DNA from: Mytilus californianus
Taxonomy: Eukaryota
Length of the DNA stretch: 64,000 nt
NCBI RefSeq assembly: GCF_021869535.1
Contig: NW_026262679.1
Location: forward strand, 43,958,001-44,022,000
Reading direction: 5' to 3'
This document shows, one piece after another, positions 50,441 through 62,633 of the stretch (its first letter is position 1; the number at the start of each line of letters is the position of its first letter). The notes under the pieces were generated by a model. The model ran no database searches. It was not told the DNA's origin and saw only the letters and a program-made list of their open reading frames with translations. The translations under genes were made by a program, and so were the position numbers.

Positions 50441-51269
50441 AAAATGTTTAGCTTATATGAAACCATTGTAAGACTTGGATCATAAGGACTTTAAATATAA
50501 AATTCAATCAATTTTCAATTAAGAAGGTGAGACATTTTAGTGTGTGCACAATGTAGGAGTAAAATGTGAATAATTTAATCTTTAAACATGTTAAAACTGC
50601 AGTAGATAGTGAAATTTCACGTTGGTAAAAATACTGAAAAAGTCTTTGATCTGTTGCATTCCTTTTAGGCCAGCTAAGATTAATTTAGCTTGCTGAAAAA
50701 AAATGGGGAGGGTTGTAGGATTTAATTTTTTAATTTTTATTTTACCTGAGACCCTTTTGCAATGTGTTTTACATATGCTAGGGTAATAATAAACTTATAC
50801 ATGTATCATGTATATATAAAGAATTCTGCATACTTTTTTTAATTTTGAAATGAATATTTCTGATTGACAATGTTTTAGTTGCTTAAGAAACCTTTTTCAA
50901 TAGAAAGCAAACGTGGAGAAATGCTTGCTTTTTGACTACCTAAATCATTTTTTTTTTGCTTTCTAAGCTATTGTTTATAGTGCCCATAATAATGAAGCAT
51001 ATGCATTGGTATGAAACACAAGTATTATGAGTACAGGGAAAGTAAAAACTCAAACTGTGTTGAAAATACTTGGGTTGATGCTCTTTAATATTTTATTTTA
51101 TTTAGAGTTATTGTCGATTTTTTTGTTCCTGCAGTATATTTGAATATAATATTGAAACAAAAATATATGGATTTTTTTGAGGGGACTCCTACGATTTGTA
51201 AATAATTTCCTTAGATGATTATTTTTTCCATTTGATTGTGAGAATAGTGGAAATGAATATTGATCTGGC

Positions 51270-52080
51270 ATAGTTTTTGTCGAGCCTTCGACTTTAGTCG
51301 AAAAAGCAAGACATAGCGATCCTACATTCCGTCGTCGTCGGCGGCGGCGGCGGCCACAAATATTCACTCTGTGGTTAAAGTTTTTGAAATTTTAATAACT
51401 TTCTTAAACTATCCTGGATTTCTACCAAACTTGGACAGAAGCTTGTTTATGATCATAAGATAGTATCCAGAAGTAAATTTTGTAAAAATAAAATTCCATT
51501 TTTTTTCCGTATTTTACTTATAAATGGACTTAGTTTTTCTGCCGGGAAATATTACATTCACTCTGTGGTTAAAGTTTTTAAAATTTTAATAACTTTCTTA
51601 AACTATCCTGGGTTTGTACCAAACTTGGACAGAAGCTTGTTTATGATCATAAGATAGTATCTAGAAGTAAATTTTGTAAAAAATAAATCCATTTTTTCAG
51701 TATTTTACTTTCAAATGGACTTAGATCTTCTGCCAGGAAACAACATATTCACTCTGTGGTTAAAAGTTTTTAAAATTTTAATAACTTTCTTATACTATTT
51801 TGGATTTGTACCAAACTTGGACAGAAGCTTGTTTATGATCAAATGCTAGTATCTAGAAGGAAATTTGTTTTCTTCCAGTTAACATAACATTCAGTCTGCA
51901 GTTAAAGTTTTTAAACATTTATTAGATTCATAAACTATCCTGGGTTTTTACCAAACTTGGACAGAAGCTTCTTACAATCAAAAGATAGTATCAAGAGGAA
52001 TATTTTTATTGATTAACTACCTCATTTTTGTTGAGCCTGCGATTAACAGAAAAGTAGGCGAGACACTGGGTTCCGCGGAT
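51270..52080. mobile_element. HINE-like element with about 190-bp internal repeats; relatives at about 220-420, 49430-50150, 60950-61125 and inverted at 63755-64000
   Basis: tttttgtcgagccttcgactttagtcga hairpin, (GTC/GGC)n, about 4 copies of attcactctgtggttaaag, and a 3' end gcgagacactgggttccgcgga. Confidence 0.75.
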
Positions 52081-52274
52081 TTTTCTTGTTAGTGTCGTTA
52101 GGAGAAATTTTTCTTGTTGGTGTCGTTAGGAGAATTTTTCTTGTTAGTGATTCAGGCTCATAGAAGCCTTTAATGTTAATATATATTGAAATTCAATACA
52201 TTTACTATTCAATAATATTCAGAAAATTATGTTAATTTTTTCTCTCTTTTCCTCACAGTACAAGAGCCTAGACA

Positions 52275-52873
52275 ATGAAGAGGACAAATAAACAAGAACT
52301 GTTAAAAGAAATTAGAAATGCCGACGGAAGACCTCAGGCAATGGGCACTGGTGACAATTTTTCTCAAGAAGACTTGAGAAATGCCATGGGAATGTCTCAA
52401 GCAGTTGGTGATAATTATAATCAAGACATTAGAAATGCTATGGGGAGGCAACAAGCAGCTGGTGATAATTATAATCAAGACATTAGAAATGCCATGGGAA
52501 TGTCTCAAGCAGGTGGTGATAATTATAATCAAAACATTAGAAATGCCATGGGAATGTCTCAAGCAGGTGGTGATAATTATAATCAAGACATTAGAAATGC
52601 CATGGGAATGTCTCAAGCAAGTGGTGATAATTATAATCAAGACATTAGAAATGCCATGGGGAGGCGACAAGCAAGTGGTAATAATTATAATCAAGACATA
52701 AGAAATGCCATGGGGATGCAACAAGCAATTGGTGATAATTATGATAGAAAAAAACAAAAACCAACAAAAGCTAAGTCAGAACCTGCCAAAATGAAGTCGA
52801 AAAAAATTGCCAGTTTGCCACCTTACATGGCTTTAGATGTAATGAAACCAGAACAAGAAGAAGTGTATGACAG
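52275..52873 (+). CDS. Unrecognised protein, first coding exon with 54-bp (18-aa) tandem repeats
   Basis: Polypyrimidine acceptor cctcacag at 52258, in-frame TAG at 52269, then acaATG at 52275. Repeat MGMSQAGGDNYNQDIRNA. Donor ag|gtaaat at 52873 (phase 2). Confidence 0.75.
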
Positions 52874-53335
52874 GTAAATGGTACCTTAAAGTCTACGGAC
52901 CTTATTCATATTAAAATGATATTTTGTAACAGTACAATTAACTGAACTTATCAGATTGTTACAGCATTATCGATTGAGTAGGTGCGAATAATATGCTTAT
53001 ACAGAAATACTTATTTTTGTAATTTTAGCAAACATTTTGGTATATACTGCTAATTGTTTTTTTCATATTTAAAAGTCATGATCTTAAAAAATCTGCCATT
53101 TTCTCCCTACCCCAATTTACCTCTTCCTCTTATTATGCTTTTGATTGGTCATTGTTATTTTGAATCATACACAATTTGACTTTTTAAGTTGAAATTGCTT
53201 CAACCTTTAACCTATTTTATAGGGTGTTTTATGTTGGAACCTGAACAATAATTGGATAAAATGAAGGAATGGTAAATCTGAAATATGTGATATGAATACA
53301 AACTTTGTTCATTCTATATTCTATTTCAATTTTAG

Positions 53336-53640
53336 TGACAGTGAACATGACATGGATGACCTTGAAATGGAGAATATGAGTAAAATAGCAATAAAGTCAA
53401 AGAAGAAGATTGCACCACAAGTAAAGAAAGCTCCTCCTCCGCCACCGCCACCACCACCACCGCCTGAACCTCAGGTAGAAGCATTTGACATGCTCACTGA
53501 AAGTAATGACCGTTTTGATGAAGACATGATCAGTCTTGCATCAGAAGTAGAATTTGTTCAAAAAAGATCTAGTAGAATGAAAAAGCCGATGCCACAAAAA
53601 ATGAAGGGAAAGAAAAGTAGAGAAGAACCAGCAAGAATCG
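53336..53640 (+). CDS. Same gene, exon with acidic stretch, Lys-rich segments and polyproline
   Basis: Acceptor ttttag 53330-53335; phase 2 matches the previous exon (AG|T = Ser). Encodes APPPPPPPPPPPEP. Donor G|gtaag at 53640 (phase 1). Confidence 0.75.
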
Positions 53641-53663
53641 GTAAGATTGTATTACTGACTTTA

Positions 53664-55391
53664 CCCAAGTCAAAGTGGACAGCAGTTCTTTAGCAGTTTA
53701 TTAGCATTCACAGTTCTTACTCGACAGCTGTTCTTTAGCAGTTCATTAGCATTCACAGTTGCCAAATTCAAGGCAATAGTTAATTTGCATATAGGCATTC
53801 CAATAACATTCCATAGCAGTTTCTTAGCAGTTTATTTAGCCTTCACAGTTATTTTTGACGAAAAATTTAAATGAGATACTCAAAAACTGCTATCTTCTCT
53901 GAATATTCATGAGAACTGCTATAATAACAGCTATCAATAATGAATATTCATAGAAACTGCTAAGTTGTACATCCTAATATGGCTTTCTTAACTGCTAATA
54001 ACTGCCATGGAATGCTATCAGATCTGTAAAAAGTTGAAATACAAATTAGGTACACATGAATATACAGTGTACAAGATATGAATGCAAAAATAAATTCTAA
54101 TATTTTACTGCAAGTCTTGTTGAAATTTCAAAAAGTTGCACCAACTTATATTTGTGATTTGAGCAGTAACTGCAATCAAATGACTCTATCTTAATCCAAT
54201 AACAGACTTGTTAAGGGGTGTAAACATGCTTTGTGAGTACTGTACCTGGCCTTATACCCCTTATTAATTATGTCAGTGGCAGAATAATTGAAACAGTTGA
54301 GAATTATAATGCACTTTAAATATCAGTGCTTATAAAAAGCAACTTATTCAATAAGAGTGGTTACTTAAGAGACTATTTATTACCTTGACTAAGTGATTTT
54401 CAGATTAAAAGTTATTTTATTTTTATTATTATTTAATTACCAAATGTACTACTAATTTCTCTTCTACTATATATATTTTGTGTGGACCAAAAGAAAACAG
54501 TTATCTCCTCTTTCTCTTTTGGAGTTAAACAAAATAATTCTTAATACATGTAATATATTATGTTTCCACTTTCTGAAAAAAATTTAAGTAACATATATTA
54601 ACATCATTAAATGGATTGTTTGGTCAATATTAAACAATCAGCTATATATGTGACCTAGGTTTCCTTAATATTCCCTCCCCCTTTTTCAACTCTTGAATAT
54701 GATTTATTTTTGTATTTTTTATAAAAATTATATTAAAATATTCATATTTTTATTTTCAAATAACATCTTGCACTGTTAGTATATGCTAGTATTTTATTAC
54801 AATCCTATCATCATCAAATTATCTATTTGAATAAACAACTATCCCCCTTTTTTGGGGCTTTCTGTATTATTTCTGTTTTTCCCTACAAAGTTATGTCAGA
54901 AAATACACATGCATTATCTGTAACTTCAACTTACTGTACTGCAGAGAAATTATTCCATTTAGCCCAAATTAAACTTCATAATTGACAAAAATACAGTTTT
55001 TCACTAGCAAGTATTTACACACAGCTTGGAGCCAAAATGCACATTTGAAAATGATCAAATAACCTTCAAATAAAGGTTTACTAACAAGCTGAAAACACAG
55101 CCAGATCCAAGCATTTTTATAACAAAGATTAAAACCAAAACTGCTATCAAACTGCTATTGAACTGCTGTCATAACTGTTGTCCAATTGACAAATTGACAA
55201 CAGTTCAGAAGGAAGATCCAGACTGCTAAGATGAATGCTAAGAGGAATGCTAAGAAATGGTGAAATAAGGCAGTTTCTCAAACTGCTATTAGATGGAATG
55301 CTATGAACAGCTGAAAGACTGCTAAAAATATGAAGAACTGGTAAATAACAGCTAATAAACTGCTAATGATAGCAGTTCAGTTTGACTTGGG
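53664..55391. mobile_element. 1.7-kb non-autonomous TIR element with TA flanks, in an intron
   Basis: TA|CCCAAGTCAAA ... TTTGACTTGGG|TA, with mirrored subterminal arrays of tagcagt/actgcta. Confidence 0.75.
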
Positions 55392-55664
55392 TATTTACCT
55401 AAAGTCATTTTATGAATTATATTGAGTATCATTATTCCTTAGATTTTCCTATCAATATTTCATTAAATCAAGGTCATTTAACTTTAATAAAAGGTTATCA
55501 AGGAAGTGAACTTCATAATGTCCTACTATGACAGTTGTTTTCCATTCCTTTGATGTGTTTGAGCTTTTGACATTTGATAAGGGACTTTCCGTTTTGAATT
55601 TTCATTGGAATTTCGGTATTTTTGTTACGTTTACATTATCAAAACTAAGTTATTTTCCTTACTT

Positions 55665-56790
55665 CATTGTGAGATTTTTGTCTCTCCTTGACGGAGAGAG
55701 ACTAAGGTATGTTTTTTTTCCAGCAGTGGCATCAGCGGCAGCCTCAACAATTTGTTAAAGTTTGTGATAAGGTCAGTTAAAGATAAACAACTAATCACTG
55801 CTAATGGTATTTCAAAGATATTTGGTATGCAGTTGTAAGCAGCAGTGGAACATCTCATTTCCTTAAACATTATTGCCCTGCCCCCTCAGTCATGGTCTAT
55901 TGACTTTGAAAGTTTTGCATAGTTTACATGTTAAAGTTTGTGATTTGGTTAGTTTAAGTTGAATCACTTATGATCAGTCAATGATATTTGATATGTAGTT
56001 GTATAAGCATTGGCACATCCCATTTCCTTAGAGATTATTTGGCCCTGCCACCGGGGTCATAGTCTATTGACTATGAAACTTTTACATAGTTTACAATGTT
56101 CAAGTTTGTGATTAGGTCAGTTTAAGAGGAACCCCTTATGATCATTCAATGATATTTGATATGTAGTTGTATAAGCATTGGCACATCCCATTTCCTTAGA
56201 GATTATTTGTCTCTGCCACCAGGGTCAATATAGTCTATTGACTTTGAAACTTTTACATAGTTTACAATGTTCAAGTTTGTGATTAGGTCAGTTTAAGAGG
56301 AACCCCTTATGATCAGTCAATGATATTTGATATGTAGTTGTATAAGCATTGGCACATCCCATTTCCTTAGGGATTATTTGGCCCTTCCCCCTCAGTCATG
56401 ATCTATTGACTTTAAAACAATTTCATAGTTCAAATGCTAAAGTTTGTGATTAGGTCTGTTTAAGACATATAAGTATTGGCACATCTCATTTCCAAGGCAA
56501 TTATTTGGCCCTGTTCCAATCTAATGGTTTATTGATTTTGAAATCTTTGCATAGTTTACATGTTTTTAAGGGGAACCACTTATGATAATGATATTAAGTA
56601 TGCATTTGTATTAGTATTGGCATGTCTTATTTACACTGATATATGGCCCTGTGCCTTTCCTCATTGTTGGATTTTAAATATTTTTCATAATTTACTTGTT
56701 ATTAAAAGTTTTATTGTTTTGATTTCAACATTTCCATTTTAATGTCAAAATTACATTAAGATGAGACACATCTCTGTGGGAACAGTTAAT
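55665..56790. mobile_element. HINE-like element with about 170-bp internal tandem repeats
   Basis: Hairpin gtctctccttgacggagagagac, GC-rich microsatellite, and repeated gcattggcacatcccatttcctt at 56007, 56175 and 56346. Confidence 0.65.
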
Positions 56791-56941
56791 AAATGAATTT
56801 TTTTTAAACCTTTACATTTTAAGCATGAATGGCTTTAGTTAAGTAATGCATTAAGCGCCAGTGTAAAGCAACTACAAATCGTACAGGTCTAATCTGTTTC
56901 TGTGATATCAAAAGTGAAACAATGGATTTTTTCTTCTTCAG

Positions 56942-57025
56942 TACCTCCCAAAATAACAGTGGACATGCTTTCAAAGGTGAAATTAAAAGCACCACCAGGG
57001 GAAAAGATTGATAAAGATACCTTAG
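56942..57025 (+). CDS. Same gene, 84-bp exon (VPPKITVDMLSKVKLKAPPGEKIDKDTL)
   Basis: Acceptor ttcttcttcag ends at 56941, phase 1 matches, frame is open, donor ag|gtatg at 57025. Confidence 0.65.
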
Positions 57026-58169
57026 GTATGGTTAATAAATAGATAAATTCCATAATATATAGTATCCTACACTACAGTGCAGTTAATAATTTTTAAACAA
57101 AGTTTAGACATCTAAACCAATCGAAAGTTAATCAAGTTATCCTTTGATAAGCTTTATCATCAAAATACATAGATAGAAAATTGGAACAATGCAGTATAAT
57201 GTCGTTTTTGTCAACAAAAACGGAGGGACAGACAATAACAGCCCAATGTAGGCTTAACAGACTAAATTACAGAGAATTAAAAAAAAAGATATGGTAAAAT
57301 ACAGCCAGTGAAAAGTTTCTGACTTGTTACAAGCATATTAAACTGTGATATGGTTCCTGATGAAGGTAAATCCAGATCGCTTCAGACGCATGAAATTTAT
57401 AGTGTGTTGTTTTCATTTTTTTCAACACTAGGTCGATACCTCTGCTGGTGGACTATCAGTCCCCGAGGGTATCATCAGCTCAGTAGTCAGTACTTTGGTA
57501 CTGACATGATTTATAACAAACCTTTGTAAAATTGTCCATTAATAAATTTTGAAATTATGAGAAACTAAAGTTTCAATTTCCTCAGGCAAAGTTGACCTTA
57601 GATGCATTTGGCTATTTTTTAGGTACTTTATGGTTATATAGCTCCTCAACTGTTTACGTTATTATACATTCTTGGCTTTCAAATATTCTGCTTTGAACGT
57701 TCCTGATGAAGGTAAATCCAGAAAAGCGCTTTGGATGCATAAAATTTATAACCTGTTGTTTTCATTCTATAAACTACCAGTAGTATTTTTATATCTCAAC
57801 CAAATTGATCTGTATTGCTTCTATGTAGCTTTATTTAATCCAAAATTTAAAAAATGCATCTCCCAAAGTAATTGCAGTATTAAATTGTTCTCAAATACTT
57901 ATAATGAAAAAATGTTCCCACAACAAAATTTTGCATTGTGGATTACAGTTTTGCAATCAGTCAACATGAAATGGTTAATGAAGGAATAAAAACAAGATTG
58001 TAATTCAATAAACAACAAAAGACACAGGACTATACTCTATAACAAAAGAAACGCACTATCTCCATTATTTCTTTGGATTAAAAATTTCTATCCCATGTGA
58101 CTTTTTGAAAAGTGATTGAAATGAGTAAGATTTTTTATCCTTTTGTCATGTTTATGTTGCATATGAAAT

Positions 58170-58570
58170 TTACGCTTTATAAAAGAAAGGCGAAAGATAC
58201 CAGATGGACATTCAAACTCATAAGTCGAAAATAAACTGACAATGCCATGGCTAAAAAAGATAAAAAGACCAACAGACAAACAATAGTGCACAAAACACAA
58301 CATAGAAAACTAAAGACTGAGCAACAGGATCCCCACCAAGAACTGGGGGTGATATCAGGTGCTCCGGAAGGGAAAGCAGATCCTGCTCCACATGTGGCAC
58401 CCATCGTGTTGCTCATGTTAGTACAAACCCGGTAATAAGTCTAATTTGCAGGTCACATTCCGGAAAAGGGGACGGGATTGTAGCTACAACATTAGGAACA
58501 TATACGCTATCATCTGTGAAACGGATATTCCATAATGGTCAACCAACTCGTGATGGCATCCTTAAAACTT
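58170..58570 (-). mobile_element. Minus-strand copy of the Penelope-like 3' end and tail
   Basis: Reverse complement of about 7900-8275 (gctccggaagggaaagcagatcctgctccacatgtggcacc; gtcacattc; ccataatggtcaaccaactcgtgatggc). Confidence 0.85.
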
Positions 58571-59544
58571 ATAAATTGTGTGCGTCTGAAGAGACTCAAT
58601 GGATCAACCTTGATCAGGAACGCTCCATAGAATGTTTGTTGTGCCTTTGCTTTACTGAAGTGACTTATGTTTAAGTCCACTGAAACAGTTTCCACTTTGT
58701 TTCTATATTATTTTCATACAGTTTAAAATTTATTTCTTCCCACATATTTCATATAAAAAATCTAGAGTTTGTTCTTAAAACCGAGCACACAGACATATAT
58801 TTATTTGTTACTAATGTGGTGTATCATATACTGTGGATTCATTTATTTTTCGTGGATTGAGGAAACTTTGTATTATTATTTGATTTCATGGTTTTGCTTT
58901 AAGTCTGCATACAATTATATAGAAAATTTGTGCTTCTTGAACATTTACGGGAAATTAGTGGTTTACCTTTACATGCTATACCCACAAAAACCACAAAAAC
59001 TGATGTCCCACAATAAGGGCTGTTGCCAGGGAAGGCACTTTAAAAATGGGGTAACAGTCCATAGAGGCAAAACAAAATTTCTTATTATGAATTATGAATC
59101 CACAGTACTCTTTTTTTAGGGCTTCATTTATGAATATGTTTTTATCTTCAAATTTCAACCATGTCAACATGTGAATTCTTATAAGAAGAATTTTCAAAGT
59201 TCTTCACTTTCTATTCTGCAGATACTTTTATACTTTTATATTTTTTAGTTAAAATTAGTTCAACAGAGGTGCTAACTTTGTTTGATAAGAGAGATTATTT
59301 CCCATTGTCTTCATTTATTGTAAGTATAATTTTCTTTGTAATAGAATAAATTCAAAACTTAGGGGTTCAAATTAGTGTGGGTCCAAGGTCCTAAACCTGT
59401 CTTTTTTTGGGAGGGAGCTTTTCATTTTTGAATTAGAAAAGTCCAGGACCTCCCATTTTTTATGATCATGCGTTATACAGAACTTTTGATTTAAAAGGTG
59501 AACCTTTTTATTAAAAAAATCAATTAGCCCTGGACCTTTCAATA

Positions 59545-60420
59545 GTTTGCCATAACTTTTTACATAGAACTTGTAGGGTAATGGCTAGCCGTAACTTTTA
59601 ACATAGAATTTGTAAGGTAATGGCTAGCCATAACTTTTTACATAGAATTTGTATGGTAATGGCTAGCCATAACTTTTAACATAGAATTTGTAGGGTAATG
59701 GCTAGCCATAACTTTTTACATAGAATTTGTAGGGTGATGGCTAGCCATAACTTTTTACATAGAATTTGTATGGTAAGCGCCAGCCATAACTTTTAACATA
59801 GAATTTGTAGGGTAATGGCTAGCCATAACTTTTTACATAGAATTTGTAGGGTGATGGCTAGCCATAACTTTTAACATAGAATTTGTAGGGTGATGGCTAG
59901 CCATAACTTTTAACATAGAATTTGTAGGGTGATGGCTAGCCGTAACTTTTAACATAGAATTTGTAGGGTGATGGCTAGCCGTAACTTTTAACATAGAATT
60001 TGTAGGGTAATGGCTAGCCGTAACTTTTAACATAGAACTTGTAGGGTGATGGCTAGCCATAACTTTTAACATAGAATTTGTTGGGTGATGGCTAGCCATA
60101 ACTTTTAACATAGAATTTGTAGGGTGATGGCTAGCCATAACTTTTAACATAGAATTTGTAGGGTGATGGCTAGCCATAACTTTTAACATAGAATTTGTAG
60201 GGTGCTGGCTAGCCATAACTTTTTACATAGGATTTGTAGGGTAATGGCTAGCCATAACTTTTTACATAGAATTTGTAGGGTGATGGCTAGCCATAACTTT
60301 TTACATAGAATTTGTAGGGTGATGGCTAGCCATAACTTTTTACATAGAATTTGTAGGGTGATGGCTAGCAATAACTTTTTACATAGAATTTGTATGGCGA
60401 TGGCTAGCCATAATTTTTTT
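59545..60420. repeat. 39-bp minisatellite, about 22 copies
   Basis: tggctagccataacttttaacatagaatttgtagggtga; each unit carries the palindrome TGGCTAGCCA. Confidence 0.95.
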
Positions 60421-62485
60421 ATCAATTAAAGCAAATTTTAGCCCCTGAAACTAGATTTTGGTTTTCAACCCAGATCCTTGGAACTTCACAAAAAGTTTGC
60501 ACATCTATTGTCATTGCATGAGCACCTATTAGTTCCCATTTCTACATTTTATATTTCCATGTATTTAAATGATTCATGTAAACCAATTTTTTATGTTGAA
60601 AATACATTCTGGGTAACCATGCCAAATGAGTCTGTTTCATAGAAGCTCATTATGAGCCATGACCGCTTCTCTGAAACAAGTGGACCAATTTTAATAAATG
60701 TCTTTTTTTCTGTCATTCAATCAACTCAACCAACATAGTAGAAAAAAAGAACATAAGGGTAAAATGCAAGTTATTTTCTAATATCTTGAGGACAATAGTA
60801 GAAAGAGAAAATCTGCCACGGTCAAGAAATGATCAGATTGTCAAAATTAAGATAATTTTCTATTCCACCTGAATTGTCGGTAATTGTAACAGATTATCCA
60901 ACACTAACATTTACACATAGCCTGGAGTTATGTTTTTTTTAAAAGCATTACTAGCTTTCATTACTTTGTTAAACCTTCATGGAATGTTTTGAAACTTGGA
61001 AATAAGCTTCTTCAAGATTAAGAAATCTGTATTTTTCCAATAAATCAGGTCTTAGTTTTTGGCAATAAACATAATACTTTTACACTGACAGCAGCAATAG
61101 CAGGATATAGACACAGGGTTCCATGGAACCATTTAAAAAATTTGTATGTTTTCTTAAAAACTAATATAATAGATAGAGAAAAAAACAGCAAAAATAATCA
61201 TCTAGACATATAAGGCTTATAAGCTAAGAAAAAGGACTGCAGTTCAATGATAATTTAATATAAGAATGGCATATTTTTGCAATGTGAGTGATTAAGACCC
61301 CTTAAGGAATGATATGTGGACTTTTTAAAGAATTAGTTGTCGTGTATCACTTACAATTTATAAGAGCGGCAACTGTTAATAAATTGGTCAGTTTACGGCA
61401 GATTTGCTATTTGATCATTAAACTTAGAAAAAAAATGTGAAAGTGTATGATAGAAAAGAGAATGGAAACAAGGAAAGAAACAACAACTGTACCAAAGAGC
61501 AGAAAACACCCCAAGGCCACCAATTGGTCTTCGATACAGCGAGAAAATCCCACACTCATTGACGGGATTCAGCTGGCCCCTAAACAATGATGTATACTAG
61601 TTCAGCCAAATGAAGGCCACACTAATATTCGAAACATACAAATGAACCAAAATTAGAAAAACACACAAAGACTAACAATGGCTGGAGGTTCAAATTTTGG
61701 GATAGGTGCAAAAATGTGGCAGGGTTCAAATAAGTTTTGTCAGATCTCAACAACCCCTTATACCTCTAGCCTATGTGGAATAAACAAACACACAAAAATA
61801 CGCACAGAAAAACTCAGCTTAAAAGAAGTCTGAGTCCGATGTTAGAATAGGTAACAGAAGAAATTGAGCAAAATGACAATGATCAACATAAATTAACAAA
61901 GGGCTTCTAGCAGTTTAATTCTGACATGCCAGCTCCTGACCTCAATTAAACTGATAAAAAAATAATGTCTTCATCATATGATGCATTTCACCGTTCCTTT
62001 ATAAATACATTAATTATCAAGTTGAAGTGACAATGTAACAATCATTTAGGGCAGTCAGAATTAAATCAGTAAATTAGTAATTAGGAAATTACTATAGTTG
62101 ATTGAAGGTATACCAATTAATGTGTTTTCAATCACTTGCAATTATTTTTTAACACATAAGAATTTTACTCACACTTCATTCTTTGGTTTGTAAACTTATA
62201 AAACCATAATCTGTCATATGAAATTAGAAAAACAAAGGATATGGGGTATCCATCCATGGCACAAAATTAGTACATGCACAGCAAAAAACACATTGCAAGC
62301 AAAAGAACAGCACTTTTATTGCTGTTCTTCATCTCAAAGTCACAGTGAGGCCTTCAACACAGAGCAAAAAAAAACTCTCACTTCACTGCAAGTTTAAGAT
62401 GTCATCTAACACAGGTTTTGAGCAGAATTCTTGCATTTTTGTGCTTTGTTTATTTTATAGCTTTTTCATCTTTTTTTTAATCTAG

Positions 62486-62633
62486 GAAACAATAAATCAA
62501 AACACATTGTTTGGAGACTGTCAAAATATTGTTAATCTGAGTCTGACAGGAATAGAACAAGTTACAGATTTGTTGTTCTATCAAATGATGTTATATACGG
62601 AGTTACCTAACCTGGCTTTGCTGAATGTGTCAG
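62486..62633 (+). CDS. Probable exon encoding leucine-rich repeats (FBXL/AMN1-like LRR pattern)
   Basis: Acceptor ttttttaatctag ends at 62485 and donor cag|gtgagt at 62633. Phase-0 frame ETINQNTLFGDCQNIVNLSLTGIEQVTDLLFYQMMLYTELPNLALLNVS(G) fits the LxxLxL pattern twice. Confidence 0.55.

Noticed and set aside
59833-60429. ORFs of repeated MASHHPTNSMLKV and MASHNFLHRICRV
   Set aside because: A by-product of a 39-bp unit lacking stops; no independent coding evidence.
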